DNA of 64,000 nucleotides from an uncultured delta proteobacterium (GCA_963766715.1 CAVYBH010000008.1:576001-640000); one strand, 5' to 3'. Counted from the stretch's first letter, positions 1 through 14,791 are shown. Notes: generated by a model not told the origin, from the letters alone. Program-made: numbers and translations.

Positions 1-847
1 CCTTGACCCGGGCCTTGCCGCGCAGGTCGTGCCGGTCGTAGCGGGCCGGAAGGTGCGGATCGCGGGAGGGGTCCCACTCCCGGTCGTCGATGCCGTTCAG
101 GATGCCGAAGAGGTCCCCGCTCCGCCCGCGGAGCACGGTGTCGAGCCCGTAGCCGCCCTCCACGGTCAGGATCTCGCGCGCGTAGTTGGGCGACACCGTG
201 GTGAGCGCGTCGGCGAAGGAGAGGCCGGCCTTCATGAAGTTCAGCTGGTCGTGGAACTCGACGCCCCGGTCGAAGCGGAAGATCGACCAGGGCAGCCCGA
301 CCGCGTCCATGGCCTCCTTGGGGTACATCCCCTGGTAGGCCAGGTTGTGGATGGTGTAGACGCTCCTCGAGCCGGCCAGCCACGGGTCGTCGCCGTGCTC
401 GGCGCGGAGGAACCAGGCGCCCAGCGCGGTCTGCCAGTCGTTCAGGTGCACGACGGCGGGGCGGAGCTTCAGCGCCCGGGGCAGGTCGAGCGCGGCGCGG
501 GACAGGAAGGCGAAGCGGGCCGGGTTGTCGAGGTAGTCGCCGTTCCCGTCGCCGTAGGGGTTCCGGCGGAATCCGTAGAAGAGGTCGTGCTCCAGGAAGT
601 AGACGTCGGGGGCCCCGGCCCCGCCGCGCTTCACCCAGAGTCCACACTGCTCCCCCCGCGCCGAGAGGCCGGCGGGGAGCCGGACGAGCCCGTGGCGCAC
701 CGGATCGATGGCGCCGTAGCGGGGCGTGACCACCGACACCCGGTGGCCGCGGGCGGCGAGCGCCGCGGGCAGGGACGCGGCCACGTCGCCCAGCCCTCCG
801 GTCTTGGAGTAGGGCGCGACCTCGGAGGAGACGAAGAGGACGTCCAT
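1..847 (-). CDS. glgA: Glycogen synthase (GT5), 5' part; runs off the window edge
   Basis: Read by hand from ATG at 847: MDVLFVSSEVAPYSKTGGLGDVAASLP (KTGGL ADP-glucose motif), then VVHLNDWQT, YTIHNLAYQG and NFMKAGL. Not in the ORF track because it is truncated. Confidence 0.93.
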   Translation of the reverse strand, partial: MDVLFVSSEVAPYSKTGGLGDVAASLPAALAARGHRVSVVTPRYGAIDPVRHGLVRLPAGLSARGEQCGLWVKRGGAGAPDVYFLEHDLFYGFRRNPYGDGNGDYLDNPARFAFLSRAALDLPRALKLRPAVVHLNDWQTALGAWFLRAEHGDDPWLAGSRSVYTIHNLAYQGMYPKEAMDAVGLPWSIFRFDRGVEFHDQLNFMKAGLSFADALTTVSPNYAREILTVEGGYGLDTVLRGRSGDLFGILNGIDDREWDPSRDPHLPARYDRHDLRGKARVK

Positions 848-857
848 GGGGGGCGGG

Positions 858-1853
858 CTACGCCTGGACCTTGCGGAGGAACTCGGCCGCCTCTTCGGGC
901 GGTACCGGGTTGATGTGGAAGCCGCTTCCCCACTCGAAGCCGGCCACCTGGGTGAGGGCCGGCACCACCTCGATGTGCCAGTGGTACGAGGGGCTCGAGA
1001 GGTCGCGCAGCGGGTTGGTGTGGATCATGAAGTTGTAGGCCGGGCGCCCCAGGCCGACCATGAGCTTGGCCAGCGTGATCCGCAGCGCCTGGGCCGCGTA
1101 GGCCAGCCGCTCCTTGGGCTCGGCCTCGAAGTTCGACTCGTGGCGCCGGGGCACGATCCAGGTCTCGAAGGGGCTGCGCGGGGCCCACGGCTCGAAGACC
1201 ACGAACTCGTCGTTCTCGTAGACCAGGCGGGTCCGGTCCTTCCGCTCCTGGCCGGCGATGTCGCAGTAGATGCAGCGCTCGCGGTGCTCGTGGTGCCGGC
1301 GCGCCCCGTCGATCTCGTCGGCCACCTGCCTCGGCGTGACCGGCAGCGCGATGAGCTGGCTGTGGGTGTGCTCGAGCGTGGCCCCGGCGGCGGAGCCGTG
1401 GTTCTTGAAGATGAGGATGTAGCGGAAGCGGGGGTCGTTGCGCAGGTCGAGGACCCGGGCCTTGAAGGCGAAGAGGACCTCGGTGACCTCGGCGTCGGTG
1501 AGCTCGGAGAGCTCCTTCGAGTGGACCGGCGTCTCGATGACCACCTCGTGGGCGCCCACCCCGTTCATCCGGTCGTAGATGCCGGAGGCCTCGCGGTCGA
1601 GGTCGCCCTCGATCATCAGGGCCGGGTAGCGGTTCGGCACCACGCGGATCTGCCAGCCCGGGACGTTGGCGGGGACGGCGGAACGCCCGGCCACGTAGAC
1701 CTCCGGCGGCGTCTTGTCCTCGTGCCCCGGGCAGAACGGGCAGAGGCCGCCCGGCGGCTCCTCGGCGCGGCGGAACTGGTTGGGCCGGCGGGCGCGCTCG
1801 GTGGCGATGATCACCCAGCGTCCGACGATTGGATCCCTCCGCAGTTCCGGCAT
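858..1853 (-). CDS. galT: GalT-family nucleotidylyltransferase (HIT superfamily)
   Basis: MPELRRDPIVGRWVIIATERARRP, CPFCPG, HEVVIETP, catalytic HxHxQ (EHTHSQ), AGFEWGSG. Confidence 0.88.
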   Translation of the reverse strand: MPELRRDPIVGRWVIIATERARRPNQFRRAEEPPGGLCPFCPGHEDKTPPEVYVAGRSAVPANVPGWQIRVVPNRYPALMIEGDLDREASGIYDRMNGVGAHEVVIETPVHSKELSELTDAEVTEVLFAFKARVLDLRNDPRFRYILIFKNHGSAAGATLEHTHSQLIALPVTPRQVADEIDGARRHHEHRERCIYCDIAGQERKDRTRLVYENDEFVVFEPWAPRSPFETWIVPRRHESNFEAEPKERLAYAAQALRITLAKLMVGLGRPAYNFMIHTNPLRDLSSPSYHWHIEVVPALTQVAGFEWGSGFHINPVPPEEAAEFLRKVQA

Positions 1854-1895
1854 GGGCGGAGTCTACATCAGGCCCGGCCGGTTCGACGGTACCGG

Positions 1896-3087
1896 CTAGA
1901 CGGGTACGGCCCTTTCCGATGCCGGCGCGTCCCCGCCTCGCGGGACGGCGACGGTGGCGGCCACCACGGCGCCCAGCCCCATGAGCGCGGCCCCGCCCAG
2001 GTAGGGCGCGGCGTGCCAGGCCTGGAACGAGGTGGTCCCGGTGAGGGGGCCGACGATGCGCCCGAGCGCCGAGGCGGACTGCCCGATGCCCGAGCGTGCC
2101 TCCCTGGTCCTCGGCCCGGCTGAGCTTGGAGAGGAGCGAGGAGAGCGACGGCGAGGTGAGCCCGGACCCGAGGGCGAGCGGCGCCGTGGCGAGCAGGAGC
2201 CCCGGGATGCCGCTGGCGAACGGCAGCGAGAGGAGCGCCAGCCCCTGCATCACCGCGCCGGCGACGAGCAGCCGCTTCTCCCCGAAGCGCCGGGTCAGGG
2301 GGCCGATGAGCCCGCCCTGGACGAGCACCACGATCACGCCGATGTAGGCGAAGACGTAGCCGACGTGCTTGGGGGCGAGCGCGTAGTGGCGCTGGGCCAG
2401 GAAGGCGTAGGTCGCCTCCATCATGCTGAAGGCGAAGGTGACGACGAAGAAGACCACGAGCAGCTTGCGGATGCCCGGCTTCCGGAGCTCGGCGAGGAGC
2501 GCCTCGAAGCGGCCGCGCTGCCGGGTGGCGGCCACGTGCTGCGACGGCTCGGGCAGCAGGAACCAGGCGCCGACCAGGTTGAGCACCGAGAGCGCGGAGG
2601 CGGCCAGGCCGGGTGCGGCGAGCGAGTACTCGGTGAGCATCCCGCCCACCGCCGGACCGAAGACGAAGCCGAGGCCGAAGGCGGCGCCGATCATGCCCAT
2701 GCCCTTGGCCCGTCCCTCGGGCGTGGTCACGTCGGCCACGTAGGCCTGGGCGATGGCGATGTTGGCGGTGGCGGCCCCGGCGAACAGGCGGGAGAAGAGC
2801 AGCACGAGGAAGGTGCCGGCGACGCCGTAGAGCAGGAAGGCCACCGCGGTCATGGCGATGGAGAGGAGCAGGACCGGCCGCCGCCCCACCCGGTCGGAGA
2901 GCCGGCCCCAGATGGGCGCGAAGACGAACTGCATGAGCGAGTAGCCCGTGGAGAGCCAGCCGGTGGCGGCCTCCGACGCGCCCAGCCGCTCGGCGTAGAG
3001 CGGCATGGCGGGGATGACCATGCCGAAGCCGAGCAGGTCGACGAAGACGACGAGGAAGAGGATGCCGAGGGAGGCCTGGCGTTTCAC
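1896..3087 (-). CDS. MFS transporter (DHA1/TetA-like); frameshift near 2090
   Basis: GRLSDRVGRRPVL motif A, GAAFGLGFVFGPAVGG motif C, many TM segments. The shifted frame continues GIGQSASALGRIVGP to TAG at 1896. Confidence 0.88.
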
Positions 3088-3120
3088 GGGGGACCGGAAC
3101 CTAACCGAAGTCCGGCCGGA

Positions 3121-5299
3121 TCACACGCGCCAGTGGATCCGCTCGAAGTCGGCGCCCGGGACCGACAGGGGCAGGTAGCCGGAGCGGGGGATGCGCTCCA
3201 CCTCGACGCCCTCGGCGAACGCCTCCACCGACATCACGAGCTCCTCCCCGGCCTGGACGCCGAGCGGGGCCAGCGGGATCTCGATCTCCAGGACCTTGAC
3301 CTGGACGGCGCGCCCCACCTCGTCCCCGTGCTTCCGGCCCGGCCGGCTCACCCCGTCGGGCGCGACCGGGAAGTCGATCCGGACCGGGCCGCGCGGCCCG
3401 AGCAGCGTCAGCCGGATCCGGTCCGCACGCGGCGCGCCGGGGTCCGGGTCGGGGTCGAGGCGCAGGTAGAGGTGCCGCTCGTCGAAGCCCCAGTACAGGC
3501 CGGAGAACGGAGGCGCCCCGCCGAACATGGCGCCGCGCCCGCGGCCGGGCCGGTGCAGGCCGGCCCCCTGCCACTCGAAGAAGTCCGGGTCGCGCCCGTC
3601 GATGACCGGCCGCACGAGCGCGGTGGGCTCCCGGAGCGCCTTGGCCTCGAGGGCGCCGCGGCCGGTGGGCTTGATGGGCTGGAGCGCCTCCGGGGGCGGC
3701 GCGAGGTCGAGCAGCTCGCAGGCCCGCAGCACGTGCCCCCGGAAGAGCGCGTCGAACTCGGCCGCGTTCTCGGTGGCGAAGTCCTCCCCGTACCACCAGT
3801 ACCAGTCGGATCCCTGGGCGGCGCGCAGGTGGCGGAGCGCGTGCTCCACCTTCTCCTCCGGCGCGCCCCGGGCCCGCGCCGCCTCCACCGCCTCGCGCGC
3901 CCGCCCCAGCGCGGTCCAGGCCAGCCGGTCCTCCCGGTGGCCGATCCAGATCCGGTAGGAGGCCTCGATCCAGGACCCGGAGTGGATGCGGGGGATGGCC
4001 GGGCCGGGCGCGCCGGCGGTGGCCTCCGACATCGTCACGGTCTCCAGGCGGGCGTCCTCGCCGATGGCCCGGTAGAAGGCGTCGAGGAAGTCGTGGCCGG
4101 AGCGCGGGTAGCGCTCCCAGGCGTTCTCGCCGTCGAGGAAGACCCCCACGGTGGCCGCCCCCGCGGCGCCGTCGCGCCGCCAGGCCTCGCCGGCGCCCAG
4201 GACACGGGCCGTGAAGTCGGCGACGGCGTCGGCGGCCGGGACCCTGGCGTAGCTGAAGCCGATCAGGTCGGAGATGGCCCGGTCCCGGAAGAGCATGGGG
4301 ATCTCGCGGTCCCCGGCGGCGGCGCGCCAGGGCCGGTAGAGCGAGCCCGCCCGCGGGCTCCCGGGCGGGAGCGACCGGAGCAGCACCCCCTCGTCGGACG
4401 CCGCCCAGGCCACGCCCTCGGCGGCCAGGATCTCGAGCGCCTCGGGCGAGACGGCTCCCTCGGCCGGCCACATGCCGGTGGGTCCCTGGCCGAAGCGGCG
4501 CGCGTGGCTGCGCGAGCGCGTCGGACACGTGGCGGCGGGCGTCCCCCGGCCAGGCGAAGCGCGGGGGGAGGGCCACGCCGGGGAGCGCACGCGCCGCGGC
4601 GTCGCTGTCGCACACCAGCGGGAGGATGGGGTGGTGGTGCGGCGTCGTCGAGAGCTCCACCTGGCCCCGGGCGGCCAGCGCGCGCCAGCGCCCCACCACG
4701 CCCGCGAGGATGCGCCGCTGCGCGGCGAGCACGCAGGCCACGTCGGCGTCGTCGAAGTCGCGCTCCTTGGCGACGAGCTCCCGCAGCGCCGGGTCGTCGG
4801 CGAGCGCGCCGAACCCCATCCACGCCAGGTTGAAGTGGACCTGGAGGTCGCGCAGCTCGGCGCGGGTGAAGGTGGGGCCCACCTCGTCGAGGTCGACCTG
4901 GGCGAGGTCCCGGCCGCGCTTCTCGAGCAGCTCCAGGTAGCGGGGCACGGTGCGCACCGACCGGTCCCAGTCCACCATGAAGAAGGAGTGGAGCAGCCGG
5001 CGGCGCTCCTCCGGCGCCAGGTCCGCGGGGTCGCGCGAGGAGAGGTCGAGGAGCGCGTCGCGGGCCCGCCCCTCGGCGTAGTCCTCGATCTGCTCGAGCA
5101 GCACGGGGGTGAAGTTGACCGTCACGCGCACGCCGGGGTGGCGCTCCAGGATCCACGCCATGTCGTTGTAGGCGCGGGTCGCGTGGAGGCGGACCCAGGG
5201 CAGGACGTAGGTCCCGGTGGCCGGCTCCCGGTAGAGCGGCTGGTGCATGTGCCAGAGGATGGCCAGCCGGATCGGCTTCATGTCGGCCCCGTCCTTCAC
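3121..5299 (-). CDS. Glycoside hydrolase family 57 (amylopullulanase-like); frameshift near 4510
   Basis: LWHMHQP.Y, LPWVRLHA, HPILPL, GMWPAEGAVS, LDGENAWE, GSWI, GSDWYWWYG across ORFs 3101..5299 and 3121..4590. Confidence 0.9.
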
Positions 5300-5308
5300 C
5301 GGGTCTCC

Positions 5309-6063
5309 TCAGCGGGCGGGCGGGGCCGCGGGCGCCGGCTCGGGAGCGGCGGGCCTCGGCCCGGACGGACCGGAAGGCTGCCGCCGCCGCGCCGCCCGGG
5401 GCCGGCCGGTACCGCTCGGCGGCGAACCGGCTCGCCTCGAGCATCAGCTGGCCGGTGGACGTGGACACGGGATTCGAGCGCCTTCCCCAGGGCTGCCGCC
5501 TCGGCGGCCACGGGCCCCTGCGCCTCGGCCGCGAGCCGCAGCCCCTCGAGCGCCCGTCGCAGCGCCTCCGCTCCCTCCTGGAGGTGACCGACCGCCTCCT
5601 GGAAGGCGGTCTCGGCCTGCAGGGTCCTGAGCTGCTCCCGCTGCGCCGGGGAGAGGCCGGCCAGCCGCGCCGCGCGGCCCAGGTAGCCGCGGGCCCGCTC
5701 CATGCGGGCCATCTGCTCGGACTGGATGTCCTCCCGGGCCCAGCGGGCCAGCCACTCGAAGAGGGCCTGGTCCAGGCCGGCGCGGTCGTCGTAGGCCGAC
5801 TCGGCGGGCGTGGCGGCGCCGGGCGGCGGCGCCAGCGGCGCATAGGTCCGGGACATCTCCGGGTCGTCCGACTTGAAGGTGGCCTTGCCGACCGGGAAGA
5901 ACACCCCCCGCTTCACGACCACCCTGCCCTCCTCCGGGACCAGCCACCACTGGCGGGCGTTGCGCTCGGCGAGCAGCCAGGCGACGGCCACCGCCAGGCC
6001 GACGGCCAGCAGGAGGAGCAGGGAGGATCGGCTCCTGGCGGGTCTGGGAGTCTCTTCGGCCAT
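5309..6063 (-). CDS. Hypothetical single-pass membrane protein; probable frameshift near the 3' end
   Basis: N-terminal TM (LLLLLAVGLAVAVAWLL) followed by a helical region. Lies between hpt and GH57 on the same strand. Confidence 0.65.
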
Positions 6064-6067
6064 GGTC

Positions 6068-6620
6068 CTACCCCTTCACCACGCCCACGTAGGGCAGGTT
6101 GCGCATGCGCCCGTCGTGGTCGAGGCCGTAGCCCACCACGAACTCGTCGGCGATCTCGAAGCCGCGGTAGCGGACCGGGACCTGGACGCGGGCCCGGGCC
6201 GGCTTCACCAGAAGTGCACAGACGGCGACGCTGGCCGGGCCGGCGCTCCTGGAGCCGCTCGATGAGCCACTGCATGGTGAGCCCGGTGTCGACGATGTCC
6301 TCGACCAGGATCACGTCCTTGCCCTCGATGGGGCGGGTGAGGTCGCTCGTCAGGGCGATCGAGCCGCTCGTCCGCGCCCCCACGTAGGAGGAGAGCCCGA
6401 CGAAGTCGAGGCCGACGGGGAGGTCGATGGCGCGCATCAGGTCGGCCAGGAAGACCAGCGCCCCCTTGAGCACGCCGACGAGCACCAGCGGGCGCCCGGC
6501 GTAGTCGCGGGTGATGTCCCGGCCGATCTGCTCCACCCGGGCCCGCAGCTGCTCGGCGGTCAGGAGCACCTCGACCTCTTCGCCGCCCAGGCGGTGGTGG
6601 GCGTGCAAGGCGTCGTGCAT
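6068..6620 (-). CDS. hpt: Hypoxanthine phosphoribosyltransferase; frameshift near 6240
   Basis: VGVLKGA, PRPP motif VILVEDIVDTGLT; the shifted frame gives GFEIADEFVVGYGLD...RNLPYV. Confidence 0.92.
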
Positions 6621-6683
6621 GGGCGCGCAGCGTAGTCGCCGGGGAACGGGCCGGCAAGCGCCCCCGTGCTATACGATCGGAGC

Positions 6684-7611
6684 GTGATTCGCCTCCGCGT
6701 CGCCGCGCCCGCCAAGGTGAACCTGGTCCTGCGCGTCGGCCCGCCCCGCGCGGACGGCTTCCACGATCTCGTGACCCTGATGGTCCCCCTCGACCTCGCC
6801 GACGAGGTGGAGGTCCAGGTGCGCGACGCACCGGGGCCGGTGACCTGCCGGTGCCCGGGCCGCCCCGATCTCGACGGGCCCGGGAAACCTGGCCGCCCGC
6901 GCCGCCGAGGCCCTCCGGGCTCGCCTGGGGCGGCGCGAAGGGGTCGCCATCCGGATCCGGAAGCGCATCCCGGTGGTGGCCGGGCTCGGGGGCGGGAGCT
7001 CGGATGCGGCGGCCGTCCTCCGTTGCCTGGCCCGCGCATGGGGGATCCGGGACCGGCGGCTGCTCGCCGAGGTGGCGCTCTCGGTGGGCTCCGACGTCCC
7101 GTTCTTCCTGGGGTCCGGGCCGGCCTGGGCGCGGGGGCGGGGCGAGCGGCTCCGCCCGGCCTCCCCCGTTCCGCTCCACCTCGTGCTCCTCTACCCGCGC
7201 GATCCCTCGCTGGCGATCCGGGCCGGCGACGCCTACCGGTGGCTCGACGAGGACCGGGCCGGCGCCATGCCGCGACGCGGCAAGCCGAGCGCCCGGCGCC
7301 CGGAGAACGACCTGATGGCTCCTTGTCTGGGCCGCCGCCCCGCGCTCGCGACGCTCCGGGGGTGGCTTGCCGAGGCCGGTGCCGCGGCGCCTATAATGTT
7401 GTCAGGAAGTGGGCCGACGATAGTCGGATCCTTTGCCGGTCCTGGATCGGCACGGACCGCCGCTCGTCAGCTCGCGAGGCGGCGGCTCGTCGGGGCGGGG
7501 GTGGAGGTCATCGTCGCGCGCACGCAGTCGCGGATGCCGGGAGTCTCTCCATGGAAATCACCGAGGTCCGCATCTTCCCGGTCACCGAGGACAAGCTCAA
7601 GGCGTACGTGA
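6684..7611 (+). CDS. ispE: 4-diphosphocytidyl-2-C-methyl-D-erythritol kinase; frameshift near 6880
   Basis: [27 protein letters not shown] (GHMP), [14 protein letters not shown]. The 3' end overlaps spoVG. Confidence 0.92.
7367..7397 (+). promoter_or_regulatory. Possible sigma70 promoter inside ispE driving spoVG
   Basis: TTGCCG-N19-TATAAT. A perfect TATAAT is unusual in this high-GC coding DNA, but the spacer is long. Confidence 0.35.
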
Positions 7612-7847
7612 CCATCACCCTCGACCACTGCTTCGTGGTCCGGGGGTTGAAGGTGATCCAGGGCACGACCGGCCTGTTCGTGGCCATGCCGGCAAAGCGC
7701 CGCAAGGACGGCAGCTTCAAGGACATCGCCCACCCGCTCAACACCGAGACCCGGGAACGGATGGAGCGGGTGATCCTGGCCGAGTACGACCGGGAGCTGG
7801 CCCGCGGCCCCGCGCCCAGGCCCGCCGACGTCGAGGGACTGGCGTAG
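7551..7847 (+). CDS. spoVG: SpoVG family nucleic-acid-binding protein
   Basis: [48 protein letters not shown]...FKDIAHPLN. Confidence 0.93.
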   Translation: MEITEVRIFPVTEDKLKAYVTITLDHCFVVRGLKVIQGTTGLFVAMPAKRRKDGSFKDIAHPLNTETRERMERVILAEYDRELARGPAPRPADVEGLA

Positions 7848-7912
7848 CGCCCTCTCGTGGCCCCACGCCGGGCATGACGGCCGGCACCGGTCTCGGGTAT
7901 AACGCGCCCGAC

Positions 7913-8869
7913 ATGGGCAATCCCAATTTCTACAAGGTCTTCGCCGGGAACTCGAACCCTGCGCTGGCCAAGGCCGTCGTGCAGAACCTGGGGCGCGAAC
8001 TCTCGGTGGCCAGCGTCGGCGCCTTCTCCGACGGTGAAATCCAGGTGGAGATCGGCGAGAACGTCCGGGGCACCGACACCTTCGTCATCCAGTCGACGAG
8101 CCCGAACGCGAACCACAACCTGATGGAGCTGCTCATCATGGCCGACGCGCTCAAGCGCTCGTCGGCGGGCTCCATCTGCGCGGTCATCCCGTACTACGGG
8201 TATGCGCGGCAGGATCGCAAGGTCGCGCCCCGCGTCCCCATCACCGCCAAGCTGGTGGCCGACCTCATCGAGGCGGCCGGCGTCACCCGCGTGGTCTCGA
8301 TGGACATGCACGCCGGGCAGATCCAGGGGTTCTTCAACATCCCCTTCGACCACCTGTACGCCGCGCCCATCATGCTCGACCACATGAAGAAGCGGTTCCC
8401 CGGCGACCCGGAGAACCTGGTCATCGTGTCGCCCGACGCCGGCGGCGTGGAGCGGGCGCGCGCCTACTCGAAGCGCATGGGCTGCTCGCTGGGCATCGTC
8501 GACAAGCGGCGCACCAAGCCGAACGTCGCCGAGATCATGAACGTGATCGGCGACGTGAACGGCAAGGTGGCCATCCTCCTCGACGACATGATCGACACCG
8601 CCGGCACGCTCACGCAGGCCGCGGCCGCCATCAAGGAGAAGGGCGCGACCCAGGTCTACGCCTACGCCACCCACGCGGTCCTGTCCGGGCCGGCCGTCGA
8701 GCGCATCACCAAGAGCCCCATCGAGGAGGTCGTGGTGACCGACTCGATCCCGCTCTCCCCGCAGGCCCAGGGCTGCCCCAAGATCCACCAGGTCAGCTCG
8801 GCCAAGCTGCTCGCCGAGGCGATCCGGCGCATCCAGAGCTCCGACTCGCTCTCCAGCCTGTTCGTGTGA
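7913..8869 (+). CDS. prs: Ribose-phosphate pyrophosphokinase
   Basis: [37 protein letters not shown]. Confidence 0.97.
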   Translation: MGNPNFYKVFAGNSNPALAKAVVQNLGRELSVASVGAFSDGEIQVEIGENVRGTDTFVIQSTSPNANHNLMELLIMADALKRSSAGSICAVIPYYGYARQDRKVAPRVPITAKLVADLIEAAGVTRVVSMDMHAGQIQGFFNIPFDHLYAAPIMLDHMKKRFPGDPENLVIVSPDAGGVERARAYSKRMGCSLGIVDKRRTKPNVAEIMNVIGDVNGKVAILLDDMIDTAGTLTQAAAAIKEKGATQVYAYATHAVLSGPAVERITKSPIEEVVVTDSIPLSPQAQGCPKIHQVSSAKLLAEAIRRIQSSDSLSSLFV

Positions 8870-8894
8870 TCCGGGGCGGCGCGATCCGAACCCC

Positions 8895-8923
8895 TTGACT
8901 GCACCGGGGTTTCCCGCTAAAAG
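8895..8923 (+). promoter_or_regulatory. Possible sigma70 promoter for rplY
   Basis: TTGACT-N17-TAAAAG. Confidence 0.45.
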
Positions 8924-9018
8924 CCGCCCTCCAATTCATCTTCACCCAGGGCCGGGGATTTTCCACCACCGGCCCCTCGCGCGAGCCGAAGGGCCGCGGA
9001 GTCCGTTGGGAGGAATCC

Positions 9019-9774
9019 ATGGCCGATACTGCCCAGAATCTCGTCGCCGCCCAGTCCCGCACCGGAAAGGGCAAGGGTCCCGCCCGCCGCCTGCGCGCGG
9101 AGGGGCTCATTCCCGCCGTCGTCTACGGCCTCCAGGCCCAGCCCACTCCCGTCGCGGTCGATCCGACGGCGGTGATGAAGGCCATCGCCACGCCCCACAA
9201 GCGCAACACGCTCATCACGCTGAAGCTCGAGAGCGGCGAGAAGCGGGTGCTCTTCAAGGACTACCAGGTCGACCCGGTGAGCCGGCGTCTCCTGCACGCC
9301 GACTTCCTCGAGGTCGCCCTCGACAAGCCGGTGCTCGTGAAGGTCCCGGTCGTCACCATCGGCATGGCCGAGGGCGTCACCGCGGGCGGCATCCTGTCGG
9401 TCTCGACGCACGAGGTGACGGTCGAGGCGCTGCCCGACCGCATCCCGGTCAAGATCGAGGTCGACGTCACCCCGATCAAGATGGGCCACTCGCTCCACGT
9501 GTCCGAGCTGGCCTCTCCCCCGGGCTCCAAGATCAAGTACGCCACCGATTACGTGGTCGCCTACGTCGCCGTCCCCGAGAAGGAAGAGGTGGTCGCTGCA
9601 GTGGCCGCCGTCCCGGGTGCGCCGGCCGAGGGTGCTGCGGCTCCGGCCGCGGGCGCTGCTGCGGGTGCTGCGGCTCCGGCCGCGGGCGCCGCGGGCGCCA
9701 AGGCGGGCGCTGCTGCTGCGGCTCCGGCCAAGGGCGCCGCTCCGGCCGCTCCGGCCAAGGGTGGCAAGAAGTAG
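9019..9774 (+). CDS. rplY: 50S ribosomal protein L25/Ctc with an Ala/Pro-rich tail
   Basis: GKGPARRLRAEGLIPAVVYG, QVDPVSRRLLHADF, Ctc beta domain. Confidence 0.95.
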   Translation: MADTAQNLVAAQSRTGKGKGPARRLRAEGLIPAVVYGLQAQPTPVAVDPTAVMKAIATPHKRNTLITLKLESGEKRVLFKDYQVDPVSRRLLHADFLEVALDKPVLVKVPVVTIGMAEGVTAGGILSVSTHEVTVEALPDRIPVKIEVDVTPIKMGHSLHVSELASPPGSKIKYATDYVVAYVAVPEKEEVVAAVAAVPGAPAEGAAAPAAGAAAGAAAPAAGAAGAKAGAAAAAPAKGAAPAAPAKGGKK

Positions 9775-9783
9775 GGCCTGCGC

Positions 9784-10362
9784 TTGAAGCTGCTCGTGGG
9801 CCTCGGCAATCCCGGTCCCGAATATGCGCGAACCCGGCACAACGTCGGGTACCTCGTCGCCGACGAGGTGGCGCGGATGAGCGGGGCCGGGTTCACGCTG
9901 AAGAAGTTCTCGGCGGAGATCGCCGAGGCCGGAATCGGCGGCGAGCGGATCTGGATCGTGAAGCCGCAGACCTACATGAACCACTCGGGCGAGGCAGTGG
10001 GAGCGGCCCTCCGGTTCTGGAAGCTCTCGGCGGCGGACCTGGTGGTGGTGCACGACGACCTGGAGCTCGAGCCGTTCCGGGTGCAGGTGAAGGTGGGCGG
10101 CGGGCACGGAGGCCACAACGGCCTGAAGAGCGTGAATGCCCACGTGGGCAGCCCGGAATACGCCCGGGTCCGGCTCGGGGTGGGTCGCCCGCCTCCGGCG
10201 GTGGACCCGGCCGACTGGGTGCTGGGGCGCTTCGCACGCGCCGACGACCGTGCGGTCGAGGACCTGGTGGAGCGCGGGGCGGCGGCGGCGAGGGCCGTGG
10301 TGGTGGACGGCGCGGCGAAGGCGATGAACGAGTTCAACCGCCGGCGGTCCGCGGCGGAGTGA
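9784..10362 (+). CDS. pth: Peptidyl-tRNA hydrolase
   Basis: [38 protein letters not shown]. Confidence 0.96.
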   Translation: MKLLVGLGNPGPEYARTRHNVGYLVADEVARMSGAGFTLKKFSAEIAEAGIGGERIWIVKPQTYMNHSGEAVGAALRFWKLSAADLVVVHDDLELEPFRVQVKVGGGHGGHNGLKSVNAHVGSPEYARVRLGVGRPPPAVDPADWVLGRFARADDRAVEDLVERGAAAARAVVVDGAAKAMNEFNRRRSAAE

Positions 10363-10454
10363 GTGCTCCGGGGCATGGGGCCCCGGGGTGACAGCAGCAC
10401 GGGCTCCTCGCGGCGGGCGAACCGCCGCTGCACGAATCCGAGGGGAGTTGAAGA

Positions 10455-10913
10455 ATGGCCGAAGCTCAGAAGCGTCTCGCACGAGAGTACGAGACCACCT
10501 ACCTGATCAAGCCGGAGACCCCGGACGAGCAGGTGGAAGAGATCAAGGAGCGCCTCCGCGGGGTGGTGAACCGCGAGGGCGGCAAGGTGATTCGCTTCAC
10601 GAACCAGGGAAAGCGCAAGACCGCCTTCCCGGTCGCGAAGCAGCCCCGGGCGCTCTACATCCACTGCCTCTACGTCGGGAAGCCGGGCCTGGTGGCCGAG
10701 TTCGAGCGCAATCTCAAGATGCTCGACGTCGTCACCAAGTTCGAGTCGATCCGGGTGGCGGACGACGTGGACCAGGACGCACGGCAGGTCGAGGCCGACG
10801 TGGTGGTCGCGCCCGTCGTCGAGGAGGAGCGTCCGCGCCCCGAGTTCGGCGAGCGCGGGGAGCGCGGCGAGGAGTCGTTCGATCCTGCCGCCGATGACCG
10901 GGGAGAGGACTAG
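10455..10913 (+). CDS. rpsF: 30S ribosomal protein S6
   Basis: [22 protein letters not shown]; directly upstream of rpsR. Confidence 0.92.
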   Translation: MAEAQKRLAREYETTYLIKPETPDEQVEEIKERLRGVVNREGGKVIRFTNQGKRKTAFPVAKQPRALYIHCLYVGKPGLVAEFERNLKMLDVVTKFESIRVADDVDQDARQVEADVVVAPVVEEERPRPEFGERGERGEESFDPAADDRGED

Positions 10914-10915
10914 CC

Positions 10916-11308
10916 ATGGCACGTCCAGACATGGGTGAGCGCAAGGGCCCGCCGGGTGGTGGGGGTGGCCGCTTCGGCGGCGCAGGCGGCGGCGGTGGTG
11001 GTGGTGGCGGCGGCCGCTTCGGCGGTGGCGACCGGGACGACCGCGGGGATCGCGGCGATCGCGGTGGCGAGGAAGGCGGACGCGGGCGCGGCTTCGGCCG
11101 TCGCAAGGTCTGCCGGTTCTGCGCCGAGAAGGCCGCCAAGGTCGACTACAAGGACCAGGGCCAGCTCAAGTACTTCCTCACCGAGCGCGGCAAGATCATT
11201 CCCCGGCGCATCAGCGGCAACTGCGCGAAGCACCAGCGCGACGTGGCCACGGCCATCAAGCGCGCTCGCGTGCTGGCACTCCTGCCCTACACCGTCGCAC
11301 CGGCCTAG
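10916..11308 (+). CDS. rpsR: 30S ribosomal protein S18 (Zn-binding type) with a Gly/Arg-rich N-terminal extension
   Basis: [42 protein letters not shown]. Confidence 0.95.
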   Translation: MARPDMGERKGPPGGGGGRFGGAGGGGGGGGGGRFGGGDRDDRGDRGDRGGEEGGRGRGFGRRKVCRFCAEKAAKVDYKDQGQLKYFLTERGKIIPRRISGNCAKHQRDVATAIKRARVLALLPYTVAPA

Positions 11309-11318
11309 GGAGCGAGAC

Positions 11319-11765
11319 ATGAAGCTCATCCTTCGAGAAGACGTGTACAACCTGGGCAAGGGCGGCGAGCTGGTGGAGGTGAAGGCCGGCTACGGCCGCA
11401 ACTTCCTCATCCCTCGCGGCCTGGCGGTCCTCGCCAATCCGAAGAACATCCGCGAGGTCGAGCACCAGAAGGCCGTGGCCGCGGCCAAGGCCGCGAAGCT
11501 CAAGGCCAGCGCCGAGGCCATCGCGAAGCGCCTCTCCGACACGCCGGTGACGCTGAAGCGCAAGGTCGGCGAGCAGGACAAGCTCTACGGATCGGTGACC
11601 GCGATGGACGTGGCCGAGGCGCTCGCTGCGCGCGGCCTCGACATCGACCGCCGCACCATCGACCTGTCCGAGCCCATCAAGACGCTGGGCGACTTCGAGG
11701 TGGGCGTGAAGCTCCACTCCGAGGTGATCGGCAAGGCCAAGGTGAAGGTCGAGGCGGAGTCCTAG
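11319..11765 (+). CDS. rplI: 50S ribosomal protein L9
   Basis: [45 protein letters not shown]. Confidence 0.96.
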   Translation: MKLILREDVYNLGKGGELVEVKAGYGRNFLIPRGLAVLANPKNIREVEHQKAVAAAKAAKLKASAEAIAKRLSDTPVTLKRKVGEQDKLYGSVTAMDVAEALAARGLDIDRRTIDLSEPIKTLGDFEVGVKLHSEVIGKAKVKVEAES

Positions 11766-11797
11766 GACCCGTCTCGCCCCCGTTCACCGGGAGCGAA

Positions 11798-14737
<2,940 letters not shown>

Positions 14738-14791
14738 GCGGCGCCGGCTCCGGCCGGCGCAAGAACCATCCCGCGGAAGCCCCGACGAGCC

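Noticed and set aside
7848..7912. tRNA-Gln, often found between ispE and prs
   Set aside because: Only 65 bp, no cloverleaf or T-loop; it holds a promoter-like ATGACG-N18-TATAAC instead.
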